Notes under the pieces: model-generated
What the model was told of the DNA's origin: nothing
The model's input: only the letters and a program-made list of their open reading frames with translations
The model's database searches: none
Assembly (NCBI GenBank): GCA_016867335.1
Contig: VGJU01000145.1
Coordinates: 1 to 10,114, forward strand
Direction of reading: 5' to 3'
From: Candidatus Zixiibacteriota bacterium
GTDB taxonomy: Bacteria > JAAXHH01
Length of the DNA: 10,114 nt
Shown: piece by piece, positions 1 to 6,123 of the stretch
How positions within the stretch are numbered: position 1 is the stretch's first letter
Layout of the letters: each line of letters opens with the position of its first letter
Position numbers and translations under genes: made by a program

Positions 1-410
1 GCGGTTTGTAGATACGCCCCAGCGTCACGGCCCATCAGCATGTTAAAACGAGGACCGATGCCGCGCTGGCCCTGCGGCGGGTATTTGGCGGCACGCACGG
101 CGTATTCGGCCTGTTCGCGGTTGTTGACCCAAGGGATGATCAACCCTTCCGCACCGATATCCAGTGCCTTCTTGATCATCACCATGTCGTTCCATGGCAC
201 GCGAACGAGCGAAACGGGTGTTGCACCGCGCGCTACTTGCAGCAACGGAGCGAGGTTTTCCAAATTGAGCACGCCATGCTCGGCGTCAAACCATATCCAG
301 TCGATCGGGAGATTCGATACCGCTTCCACGACGTCGGGGCTGTTCGTTCCTACCGATACGCCGAAAGTGACTTCTCCGTTGCGTAATTTTTCCTTGAGAC
401 GATTGGCCAT
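1..410 (-). CDS. HpcH/HpaI-family aldolase (2-keto-3-deoxy sugar-acid / 2,4-dihydroxyhept-2-enedioate aldolase family). N-terminal 136 aa only; the gene continues beyond the left edge.
   Basis: Reverse-strand translation from the ATG at 410-408 gives MANRLKEKLRNGEVTFGVSVGTNSPDVVEAVSNLPIDWIWFDAEHGVLNLENLAPLLQVARGATPVSLVRVPWNDMVMIKKALDIGAEGLIIPWVNNREQAEYAVRAAKYPPQGQRGIGPRF... The signature elements of the HpcH/HpaI fold are present (D-x-EHG, VRVP, LD-GA-G, YPP-G-RG). An AGGAGA sits 5 nt upstream of the ATG on the - strand. The ORF is open to the window edge, which is why it is absent from the supplied ORF track. Confidence 0.88.
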   Translation of the reverse strand, partial: MANRLKEKLRNGEVTFGVSVGTNSPDVVEAVSNLPIDWIWFDAEHGVLNLENLAPLLQVARGATPVSLVRVPWNDMVMIKKALDIGAEGLIIPWVNNREQAEYAVRAAKYPPQGQRGIGPRFNMLMGRDAGAYLQT

Positions 411-468
411 CTGTTCTCCTGAAGGTTGAGGGGTGAAGGGTGAGGTTTGAAGAAAGAGAGAACGTCCT

Positions 469-849
469 TTACGTCTCTACGAGTTGTTCCAGCACAAATT
501 CGTATCCGATGAGGTCGATTTCGCGGTCGTGATACGGGGCAAGCTGTTGGGGAAAATGGATGACGCGCCATCCGTGGAGTATAGCGTCGTGAACGCTGTT
601 GTAGGGGAGTTCGGGCGCGAGCGGGTCTATCTGCGCCAGCGCGCCGGCAACCGGTTCGTGAAGCGCGCCGCCTACCAGTGGGGAATGGAGGTTGGGTGAT
701 GCCGCATGAAGATACAACAGTCGCTGACGCCGCCGACCGGTCGCCCCGGCGACGGACAACAATTCGTCCATGTCGGACGCCAAAAGCCGCCCCTCTTTCA
801 GTTTTTGTTTTGCTTCGGCAACCCATGAAGCGATGATAGACTCGGTCAT
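469..849 (-). CDS. Hypothetical protein of 126 aa (MTESIIASWVAEAKQKLKEGRLLASDMDELLSVAGATGRRRQRLLYLHAASPNLHS...). No family recognised.
   Basis: I place the start at the internal ATG 849-847 of the longer track ORF 469..1047. That ATG lies 2 nt after the stop (854-856) of the upstream CxxCH gene, which indicates translational coupling. The N-terminal extension in the track would overlap the upstream gene in another frame. The composition is protein-like, but I see no diagnostic motif. Confidence 0.5.
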   Translation of the reverse strand: MTESIIASWVAEAKQKLKEGRLLASDMDELLSVAGATGRRRQRLLYLHAASPNLHSPLVGGALHEPVAGALAQIDPLAPELPYNSVHDAILHGWRVIHFPQQLAPYHDREIDLIGYEFVLEQLVET

Positions 850-853
850 GCCA

Positions 854-1234
854 TCACTTTCCGTAGTAGGTGGTAAGATACGTAAGAAGTGTTTCTTCGG
901 TGGATGCGTCAAAGGTTTTGAGTCCTTTTTCCCGCTGCATCCAGCGCAGGGCATCGAGCCAGCCGTTTCTGTCCGCTCGGAAAGACCGTATGATCTGTGT
1001 CGGATGACATTTGACACATTCGACTTTGATGACGTCGTATCCCTCACCCATGACCAGCCGTGTTTTGGGGTCGATGCCCAGTCCCGTGCGGGGATCTTTC
1101 TGAATCACCGCTTGGTCTGCCTTTTCCTTTGCCGCTTCTTCGAGCGTCTTACGCTGTTCCGCTTTTACATAGATAAGCCCGATGACCAGCAAGTCCAATA
1201 CGATCGTAAACAGAAAATATCCCCATGCTTTCAT
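854..1234 (-). CDS. Small membrane-anchored protein with a single CxxCH heme-binding motif; putative monoheme c-type cytochrome-like protein, 126 aa.
   Basis: Start at ATG 1234-1232, reading MKAWGYFLFTIVLDLLVIGLIYVKAEQRK... There is one N-terminal transmembrane helix, then a charged linker, then ...DVIKVECVKCHPTQII... (C-V-K-C-H), with a downstream Met (RWMQ) available as a distal ligand. The longer track ORF beginning MLSYHF... has no better support. The + strand ORF 770..1375 is Cys/Phe-rich nonsense. Confidence 0.6.
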   Translation of the reverse strand: MKAWGYFLFTIVLDLLVIGLIYVKAEQRKTLEEAAKEKADQAVIQKDPRTGLGIDPKTRLVMGEGYDVIKVECVKCHPTQIIRSFRADRNGWLDALRWMQREKGLKTFDASTEETLLTYLTTYYGK

Positions 1235-1374
1235 AGGATCGCTATACCCTCTACGGTCGAACGCCTGTGTGTAACAAAACACCCTCCATGTACCATACCC
1301 CCGGGGTTGTTTCGAAAAACCGATCGTCTGAGGAGTTGGGACCACGCCACACACCGCAATCCGACGGTCGTGTA

Positions 1375-1436
1375 GCGGAAAATGGTAGGACAACACGAAA
1401 TGGGTGGAACGGCTACCCTACTATGAGATTTTCCGC
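1375..1436 (-). other. Long-range inverted repeat (hairpin-capable, 62 nt) in the 234-nt intergenic region between the 382-aa gene and the CxxCH gene.
   Basis: GCGGAAAAT (1375-1383) pairs perfectly with ATTTTCCGC (1428-1436). An inner GTAGG (1385-1389) pairs with CCTAC (1417-1421). No U-run follows on the - strand, so it is not a canonical intrinsic terminator. Confidence 0.4.
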
Positions 1437-1468
1437 GTCGCATAAATAGTCTTTTCCGTGTAACGGTG

Positions 1469-2617
1469 TCAACCGGTCACATGGGCATTGTAGGGAGAGG
1501 TGCCGGCGGACGTCTCTTTGATGAGACGGTCCATGTAGATTTCGTTGCGGGGTTTGAAACCGGGCAAGGTGATGACGTTGACAAATACGTCGATCCCGCG
1601 ATGTCCGGTATCCGGGGGGATATAGAGGGTCGAACCGGGACTAAGCGGTGTCTCGCCAAAACGAGACAGATCGGCAAGATCGGGGAACGAGTGTAGAAAC
1701 GCCTGCCGCCCGTAGGTGTTAAGGTCGTAGGCGGCGGGATCGAGCACAAGATACATCTCGCTCTGTGGTTTTCCGCCACCGACCGGAATCGCCGGATGAT
1801 AGTGTGTTTGCGAGGTCTCGGAGGCAATGTTGACGACGTGGCTGTTGACACGGTTGACACCGTCCGGACGGTCGGGCACGCCGGTGTTGGCGTACCACGT
1901 CATCGGTAGTCTGCGAAAGGCGTCAAAGGAGAAATTGCACCCGCCCGCCGTATCGCGGAGATATCGAAGCCGACGCGCCACCGAGATGTGAGACTCCGAC
2001 GCGTCGGTCTCCATCCACCAATAACGGAAACACCCACCCGCGCGAAGCGGCGCGCCGGGTGTCACGGTAAGCTGATCGCCCGCCCGGACCGGCTCGAACG
2101 ATCCTGTTTGCTTGACGGACCACCCTATACTCCGATACCGGTCGATCACCGAAGACAGAGCCGTCAGGGCGTCCTTGTCCTGCGTCCATTGCAAAGGCTC
2201 CAGCCCGCTTTCGAGGATAAGCCAGATTTCGCCGGCGATGTCTCCGATAAAACCGTCCGAGTGAAGCCGAGAGACGATCGCACCGATCGGGGTGCGTATT
2301 TTTTCGTGAAAAGAAGGGTGCTTCCGAAAAAGCGTATGGAGGACGGCGCGAATGTCGTCCGAGACCGGTTCGGGTGCGTAGTCGTCGGGGAGACGCGCTC
2401 CATCGCCTTCTTGCGTGCGATACCCTTTTTCCAGAAACACCTTTCCCTCGCCGTCCGCGAGCCAGATATGACGCACTCGGTCGGACGTCAGCCACGTCTT
2501 GACCGATTCCACGATGCCAAAACCCATCTGGAAACCGGGGTTGTGGTGCGCGAATTCTTCGAACACCGGGGTCAGCGTGTCCGGGTGATCGAGATGTCCG
2601 ACGACGATGTCAGGCAT
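1469..2617 (-). CDS. Hypothetical protein of 382 aa (MPDIVVGHLDHPDTLTPVFEEF...); family not recognised; His/Asp-rich N-terminus.
   Basis: Long uninterrupted - strand ORF with protein-like composition. The antisense ORFs 1988..2641(+) and 1923..2495(-) are Arg-rich artefacts typical of wrong frames in GC-rich DNA. There is no SD at the ATG at 2617. Confidence 0.65.
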   Translation of the reverse strand: MPDIVVGHLDHPDTLTPVFEEFAHHNPGFQMGFGIVESVKTWLTSDRVRHIWLADGEGKVFLEKGYRTQEGDGARLPDDYAPEPVSDDIRAVLHTLFRKHPSFHEKIRTPIGAIVSRLHSDGFIGDIAGEIWLILESGLEPLQWTQDKDALTALSSVIDRYRSIGWSVKQTGSFEPVRAGDQLTVTPGAPLRAGGCFRYWWMETDASESHISVARRLRYLRDTAGGCNFSFDAFRRLPMTWYANTGVPDRPDGVNRVNSHVVNIASETSQTHYHPAIPVGGGKPQSEMYLVLDPAAYDLNTYGRQAFLHSFPDLADLSRFGETPLSPGSTLYIPPDTGHRGIDVFVNVITLPGFKPRNEIYMDRLIKETSAGTSPYNAHVTG

Positions 2618-2670
2618 AGGGAAATAAAAGTCAAAGGGTGAAGTGTGCGGTAAAGAGCGAGACGATGGCT

Positions 2671-3750
2671 TTATCCGAAAGCCTCGATAAGCGTTTTTTC
2701 GTCATAACCGACGACTTTGCACGAGGCGTCTACCGCCGTATAGATTTCCCACTGTTTTTCGCGTGTACCGGCGGTATAGTAGACCGTTACCAGTCGCCCG
2801 TTCTCCATGCGGATGGTGGACGGGTATCCGGAGTCTCCGCCGGGCAAGCCATCGTCAAGAATCAGACGGCGGTTGTCCCATGTGATGCCGCCGTCGCGGC
2901 TGACGATACCCTGCACCCCATACGGGGGATGTCGGTGGCCAAAGGTGAGCAACAGCCATCCGTTGCCAAGCAGTGTCAAATCGGGCGGGTGTTCGGCTTG
3001 CTCGGTGATGCGTCCCGCAAGATGCCATGTGCGGCCTTCGTCGTCGGAACGGCATAAATAGATCGCTTGTTCACCCTCTTGTTCCGAGCGGGCGGCAAAC
3101 AACCACACCCCATCGGGCAAAATGACTAGATCGGATTCGTTAAGCCCAACCGCCACCAGCACAGGATCGGTCCAAGTACATCCGTTGTCGGTCGATTTGA
3201 GTATATAGGTAGGTGTCGTGGCCGGGCCGACCCGGAACGTGGTCGGTGCAACGCCGATCGTGGGACCGGCGTACAGCATCATGTACATGGCTTTCCCGTG
3301 TGTCAATATCTTGCCAAACGGCGATGCGCCGTTGAGCGCCGGAAAAGCGAGAAATCCATCGTCACGCCATGTCTTTCCCCGGTCGGACGAATACACGATA
3401 CGGGTATCCTGTCGGTTGAGGGAAGTGTCCCATTCGCCTTTTTCGTTATAGGATCCTTGCCAGTGATAAGCAAGAATGAGCGTTCCGTCGGGTGCGACGC
3501 CAAAAGCCGGATTGCGGTCGTCACGCTCGCTGTCAGCGGCGGTGACGGGCGCAGTCCATGTGCGTCCACCGTCGGAAGACCTTACCACATCGAGCCGACC
3601 GGCTACACCGACATGACCGGCGCCACCGCGCAACACCACGGCGAGTTCCTGCCCCCCCAAACCCGTGATCACCGGAAAATATCCTTGTCCCCGGACGGTG
3701 TATGCGGTAAAAGCACCGGGCAGCGTGCGCACATCGAGCGGTTGCGTCAC
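2671..3750 (-). CDS. BNR/Asp-box repeat beta-propeller protein, sialidase (exo-alpha-sialidase/GH33)-like, 359 aa, no signal peptide.
   Basis: Five Asp-box motifs (S-x-D-x-G-x-T-W) are readable: SSDGGRTW, SSDRGKTW, STDNGCTW, SDDEGRTW, SRDGGITW. The start is GTG at 3750-3748 with AGGAGA 8 nt upstream on the - strand. The N-terminus (MTQPLDVRTLPGAFTAYTVRG...) is neither hydrophobic nor signal-like. Confidence 0.85.
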   Translation of the reverse strand: MTQPLDVRTLPGAFTAYTVRGQGYFPVITGLGGQELAVVLRGGAGHVGVAGRLDVVRSSDGGRTWTAPVTAADSERDDRNPAFGVAPDGTLILAYHWQGSYNEKGEWDTSLNRQDTRIVYSSDRGKTWRDDGFLAFPALNGASPFGKILTHGKAMYMMLYAGPTIGVAPTTFRVGPATTPTYILKSTDNGCTWTDPVLVAVGLNESDLVILPDGVWLFAARSEQEGEQAIYLCRSDDEGRTWHLAGRITEQAEHPPDLTLLGNGWLLLTFGHRHPPYGVQGIVSRDGGITWDNRRLILDDGLPGGDSGYPSTIRMENGRLVTVYYTAGTREKQWEIYTAVDASCKVVGYDEKTLIEAFG

Positions 3751-3804
3751 AAACGATCTCCTATGAAGAATGACGTTTGAAAGATAAATGTCTGTCGCCG
3801 ACGA

Positions 3805-3833
3805 AGGATATTTTGCGGAACTGCCCCTGTCAA
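3805..3833 (-). promoter_or_regulatory. Putative sigma70-type promoter for the BNR gene (-35 TTGACA, 17-nt spacer, -10 TATCCT).
   Basis: On the - strand, TTGACA is the reverse complement of 3828-3833; the spacer GGGGCAGTTCCGCAAAA is 17 nt; TATCCT is the reverse complement of 3805-3810. This puts the predicted transcription start roughly 45 nt upstream of the GTG at 3750. Confidence 0.4.
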
Positions 3834-3842
3834 GCGGAAACG

Positions 3843-3886
3843 TCCGTACCGATCGTTTTCACGGCGATCCGGAAAAGCGGTACGGA
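3843..3886. promoter_or_regulatory. Nested inverted repeat in the divergent intergenic region (candidate operator or activator site).
   Basis: TCCGTACCG (3843-3851) and CGGTACGGA (3878-3886) are perfect 9-bp reverse complements. Inside them, GATCG (3851-3855) and CGATC (3865-3869) form a second inverted pair. The site lies just upstream of the predicted BNR -35 box and about 110-150 nt upstream of the VOC start. Confidence 0.45.
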
Positions 3887-3992
3887 AAATATGTTGCAGA
3901 CGTTTTGGAACGGGAGTTTAATTCTTCGAGCGTTGCGTATCCGTCCGGAGCATTTCAGCAGAGCGTTTCAATTACTTTTCAAGGAGGTCTTT

Positions 3993-4445
3993 ATGGGTAT
4001 CACCGGAGCGGTGCATACAAGCTATACGGTAAAGGATATGGCCAGGTCTCTGGCTTTTTACCGGGATGTGTTCGGATTCGAGGTGGTAAAGGAGCGCCCC
4101 GAAGTGACTGCCGAATACTTTCGTGCCATCGTGGGTATTCCCGACTGTGTGGTCCATGCGGTGCTGATGAAAATTCCGGGGACCACCCACTTTCTCGAAC
4201 TGTTTGAGTACCGCCATCCACGCGGGGTTCCACAGTATCTGGCTCCCAACAACCCGGGGAGCAGTCATATCGCCTATCAAGTGGACGATCTCAACGCTTT
4301 TTACGCGCTTCTCCGTGAGAAGGGCGTAGATTCCTATGTCAGTCCCCCGATCTATCTCGACAAAGGCCCCAACACCGGTGGATGGGCGCTGTATGTACGC
4401 GATCCGGACGGTATTCACATCGAGCTGTTTGAGCCCCCCACGTAG
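3993..4445 (+). CDS. VOC (vicinal oxygen chelate) / glyoxalase-bleomycin resistance-dioxygenase family protein, 150 aa.
   Basis: MGITGAVHTSYTVKDMARSLAFYRDVFGFEVV... is the typical N-terminal beta-alpha-beta-beta-beta glyoxalase-fold signature, with a second half module (...SSHIAYQVDDLNAFYALLREKGV...). AAGGAGG at 3981-3987 lies 5 nt before the ATG at 3993. I reject the in-frame TTG-initiated extension back to 3777. Confidence 0.9.
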   Translation: MGITGAVHTSYTVKDMARSLAFYRDVFGFEVVKERPEVTAEYFRAIVGIPDCVVHAVLMKIPGTTHFLELFEYRHPRGVPQYLAPNNPGSSHIAYQVDDLNAFYALLREKGVDSYVSPPIYLDKGPNTGGWALYVRDPDGIHIELFEPPT

Positions 4446-4495
4446 CTACGGAAAGGCGACGAAACCACGATACGCTACATCCGTTAGCCGCGATG

Positions 4496-4535
4496 CCAAA
4501 CATGTAACCGTTTGGGTCATCCATACGATTTTTTT
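4496..4535 (+). terminator. Weak candidate intrinsic terminator downstream of the VOC gene.
   Basis: CCAAAC (4496-4501) and GTTTGG (4510-4515) form a 6-bp stem with an 8-nt loop. A T7 run lies at 4529-4535, but it is 13 nt from the stem, so this is sub-canonical. Confidence 0.25.
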
Positions 4536-4544
4536 CGATTTCGC

Positions 4545-4616
4545 TTGACACGTCCCCCTTTTTGATATTTATTAGATATCAAATTGATATCATTATAAAA
4601 TCAAATCTCAGGAGGA
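4545..4616 (+). promoter_or_regulatory. Promoter and operator-like AT-rich leader of the SPFH operon.
   Basis: TTGACA at 4545-4550. A strongly AT-rich block follows at 4560-4610 in an otherwise ~60% GC window. TTGATAT appears three times in alternating orientation: forward at 4562-4568, reverse (ATATCAA) at 4576-4582, and forward at 4584-4590. This includes GATATC-AAATT-GATATC. Candidate -10 boxes are TATTTA at 4566-4571 and TATAAA at 4594-4599. The RBS AGGAGG at 4610-4615 lies 6 nt before the ATG at 4622. Confidence 0.55.
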
Positions 4617-4621
4617 ACAAG

Positions 4622-5509
4622 ATGACGTCGGAAACGATCGGTTCGAAACGCGCCGGGTGGGGGATGCTTATTTTGCTGGTTTTGCTCATGGCGGTCGCCA
4701 TATACGGATTTGTCACGCAGGTAACGCAGATCGAACATACGGACGGTCCGGGACCCATTATCAACGTTTTTTTGTGCGTCCTGTTGATCGTCTCCTGTAT
4801 TGTCAGTCTGAGCGGACTGTTTATCGTCGAACCCAATCAGGCCGTTGTGCTTATCCTCTTTGGGCGATATCGGGGCACGGTCAAGGACCCTGGGTTCTGG
4901 TGGGTCAATCCTTTTACGTCCAAACGCAAGATTTCGCTTAGGGTGCGCAATTTCGACAGCCAGCAGTTAAAGGTAAACGATAAGAAGGGTAATCCGATCG
5001 AAATTTCGGCGGTAGTGGTATGGAGGGTGCGCGACACGGCCCAGGCGACGTTCGATGTGGAGGATTATGCCGAATACGTGCATGTGCAGGCCGAGTCGGC
5101 CATCCGCAGATTTGCGACGGAATATCCGTACGACGAGACCGATGGCGAGCCGGTAAGCCTGCGGTCGTCGATCGACGAAGTGTCACACGCGCTTGGAGCC
5201 GCGATACAGGAGCGAGTTCGGGCCGCCGGGGTATCCATCGACGAGGCGAGAATCAAACATCTGGCGTATGCGCCGGAGATTGCGCATGCCATGCTCCAGC
5301 GTCAACAGGCCGAGGCCATTATCGCCGCACGGCAAAAAATCGTGGATGGGGCCGTGGGTATGGTGGAGATGGCGCTTCACAAGCTCAACGAACATCAGGT
5401 CGTAACCCTTGACGAAGAATGCAAGGCAGCCATGGTAAGCAACCTGTTGGTCGTGCTTTGCGGCGATCAGCGGACGCAGCCCATTATCAACGCCGGGACC
5501 CTGTATTAG
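4622..5509 (+). CDS. SPFH / band-7 (stomatin-prohibitin-flotillin-HflK/C) domain membrane protein, 295 aa, with an N-terminal two-helix membrane hairpin.
   Basis: Two hydrophobic segments ([19 protein letters not shown]; [24 protein letters not shown]) are followed by the SPFH core, [29 protein letters not shown]...[32 protein letters not shown], and a stomatin-like Ala/Gln-rich coiled C-terminus. Strong SD. I prefer the start at 4622 to the track's 4562. Confidence 0.9.
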   Translation: MTSETIGSKRAGWGMLILLVLLMAVAIYGFVTQVTQIEHTDGPGPIINVFLCVLLIVSCIVSLSGLFIVEPNQAVVLILFGRYRGTVKDPGFWWVNPFTSKRKISLRVRNFDSQQLKVNDKKGNPIEISAVVVWRVRDTAQATFDVEDYAEYVHVQAESAIRRFATEYPYDETDGEPVSLRSSIDEVSHALGAAIQERVRAAGVSIDEARIKHLAYAPEIAHAMLQRQQAEAIIAARQKIVDGAVGMVEMALHKLNEHQVVTLDEECKAAMVSNLLVVLCGDQRTQPIINAGTLY

Positions 5510-5511
5510 TC

Positions 5512-5676
5512 ATGTCCGACAAAAAACCGATATTGCTTCGCATCAGCAAAGAGCTTCATGACGACTTGAACGCATGGGCGGCGGACGACCTACGCAGTCT
5601 CAACGCGCAGATCGAGTATATTTTGCGAGAAGAAGTACTTAGGCGAAAAAGACGGAAAAAAAAGGAAGAGGGATAA
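5512..5676 (+). CDS. Arc/MetJ-type ribbon-helix-helix DNA-binding protein, 54 aa, with a basic C-terminal tail.
   Basis: MSDKKPILLRISKELHDDLNAWAADDLRSLNAQIEYILREEVLRRKRRKKKEEG. The beta-strand (ILLRISK), helix A (ELHDDLNAWA) and the R-S-L-N-A-x-I-E helix B are the RHH pattern. The ATG at 5512 lies 2 nt after the SPFH stop (TAGtcATG), so it is translationally coupled and needs no own SD. I reject the track's N-terminal extension (5419..), which overlaps SPFH. Confidence 0.7.
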   Translation: MSDKKPILLRISKELHDDLNAWAADDLRSLNAQIEYILREEVLRRKRRKKKEEG

Positions 5677-5678
5677 AC

Positions 5679-6092
5679 GTGGACCGCATCTATCGTTCGA
5701 AACGGGATGTTTGGCTCATGGTTCTTCTATGGTTGCCTGTATTTGTTCTCCCCTTGACCTGTTTCATTACGTTGCGCGAAGACGGGTTGCAGGCCGCCCT
5801 GTTTTCGACGGTCATCACTATAGCAGGCATTGCCTTGCTGGTCTGGGTGATAGTAGGCACGTACTACCGGATAACCGATGGCAGCTTGCAGGTACGATCC
5901 GGACCGTTCCGGTGGAACATTGCCATAAAAGACATCCAGTCGATTGCTCCGTCTCGCTCTCCGTTGTCCGGCCCGGCGCTGTCTCTCGACCGTCTGCTGC
6001 TCGTATACGGAAAAGGCAAGACGCTACGCATCTCTCCGGATCGACCGCAGGAGTTTCTTGCGGACATCGAGCGAGCAAAACGGTTGTACTGA
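5679..6092 (+). CDS. Small membrane protein with a bacterial PH-like (bPH/YdbS-type) C-terminal domain, 137 aa.
   Basis: GTG start at 5679, 2 nt after the Arc stop, with AGGAAGAGGG 6 nt upstream. Two transmembrane helices (WLMVLLWLPVFVLPLTCFI; LFSTVITIAGIALLVWVIVG) are followed by YRITDGSLQVRSGPFRWNIAIKDIQSI...LLLVYGKGKTLRISPDRPQEFLADIE, the beta-sandwich pattern of bacterial PH domains. The overlapping + frame ORF 5711..6115 is Arg/Cys-rich noise. Confidence 0.7.
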   Translation: MDRIYRSKRDVWLMVLLWLPVFVLPLTCFITLREDGLQAALFSTVITIAGIALLVWVIVGTYYRITDGSLQVRSGPFRWNIAIKDIQSIAPSRSPLSGPALSLDRLLLVYGKGKTLRISPDRPQEFLADIERAKRLY

Positions 6093-6123
6093 TCGGTTGT
6101 GAGCGGGTTGGCTAAAACGTTTG

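Noticed and set aside
411-468. G-rich imperfect tandem repeat (GAGGGGTGAAGGGTGAGG) between the aldolase and the hypothetical gene.
   Set aside because: It is short, and on the transcribed strand it is just a pyrimidine-rich leader ending in the aldolase SD. There is no evidence it is more than spacer sequence.
1296-1312. CCCCCGGGG palindrome.
   Set aside because: It has no loop and no flanking U-tract, and it is too short to be a terminator. It is most likely chance in GC-rich DNA.
770-1375. 201-aa + strand ORF opposite the CxxCH gene and the hypothetical gene.
   Set aside because: Its Cys/Phe-rich composition lacks coherence. The - strand frame gives a clean transmembrane helix plus CxxCH protein and translational coupling to the next gene.
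1923-2641. ORFs 1988..2641(+), 1923..2495(-) and 2164..2403(-).
   Set aside because: They are Arg/Pro-rich translations antisense to, or out of frame with, the 382-aa gene. This is typical of GC-rich DNA, and none has an RBS.
3777-3992. In-frame N-terminal extension of the VOC gene (track ORF 3777..4445, TTG start) and the overlapping ORF 3788..4207.
   Set aside because: The glyoxalase fold begins exactly at MGITGAVHTSYTV (ATG 3993), which has a perfect AAGGAGG 5 nt upstream. The extension has no RBS and uses TTG. The 3788 ORF mostly overlaps the VOC gene in another frame with Gly/Arg/Cys-rich composition.
4562-4621. Upstream ATG at 4562 as the start of the SPFH protein ([20 protein letters not shown]...).
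   Set aside because: That stretch is the AT-rich operator/promoter leader. The ATG at 4622 is preceded by AGGAGG at ideal spacing, and the protein then starts with a normal cytoplasmic N-terminus followed by a transmembrane helix.
5419-5511. Longer form of the RHH ORF starting at 5419.
   Set aside because: It would overlap the last 30 codons of the SPFH gene. The internal ATG at 5512 lies 2 nt after the SPFH stop, and the RHH fold begins right there.
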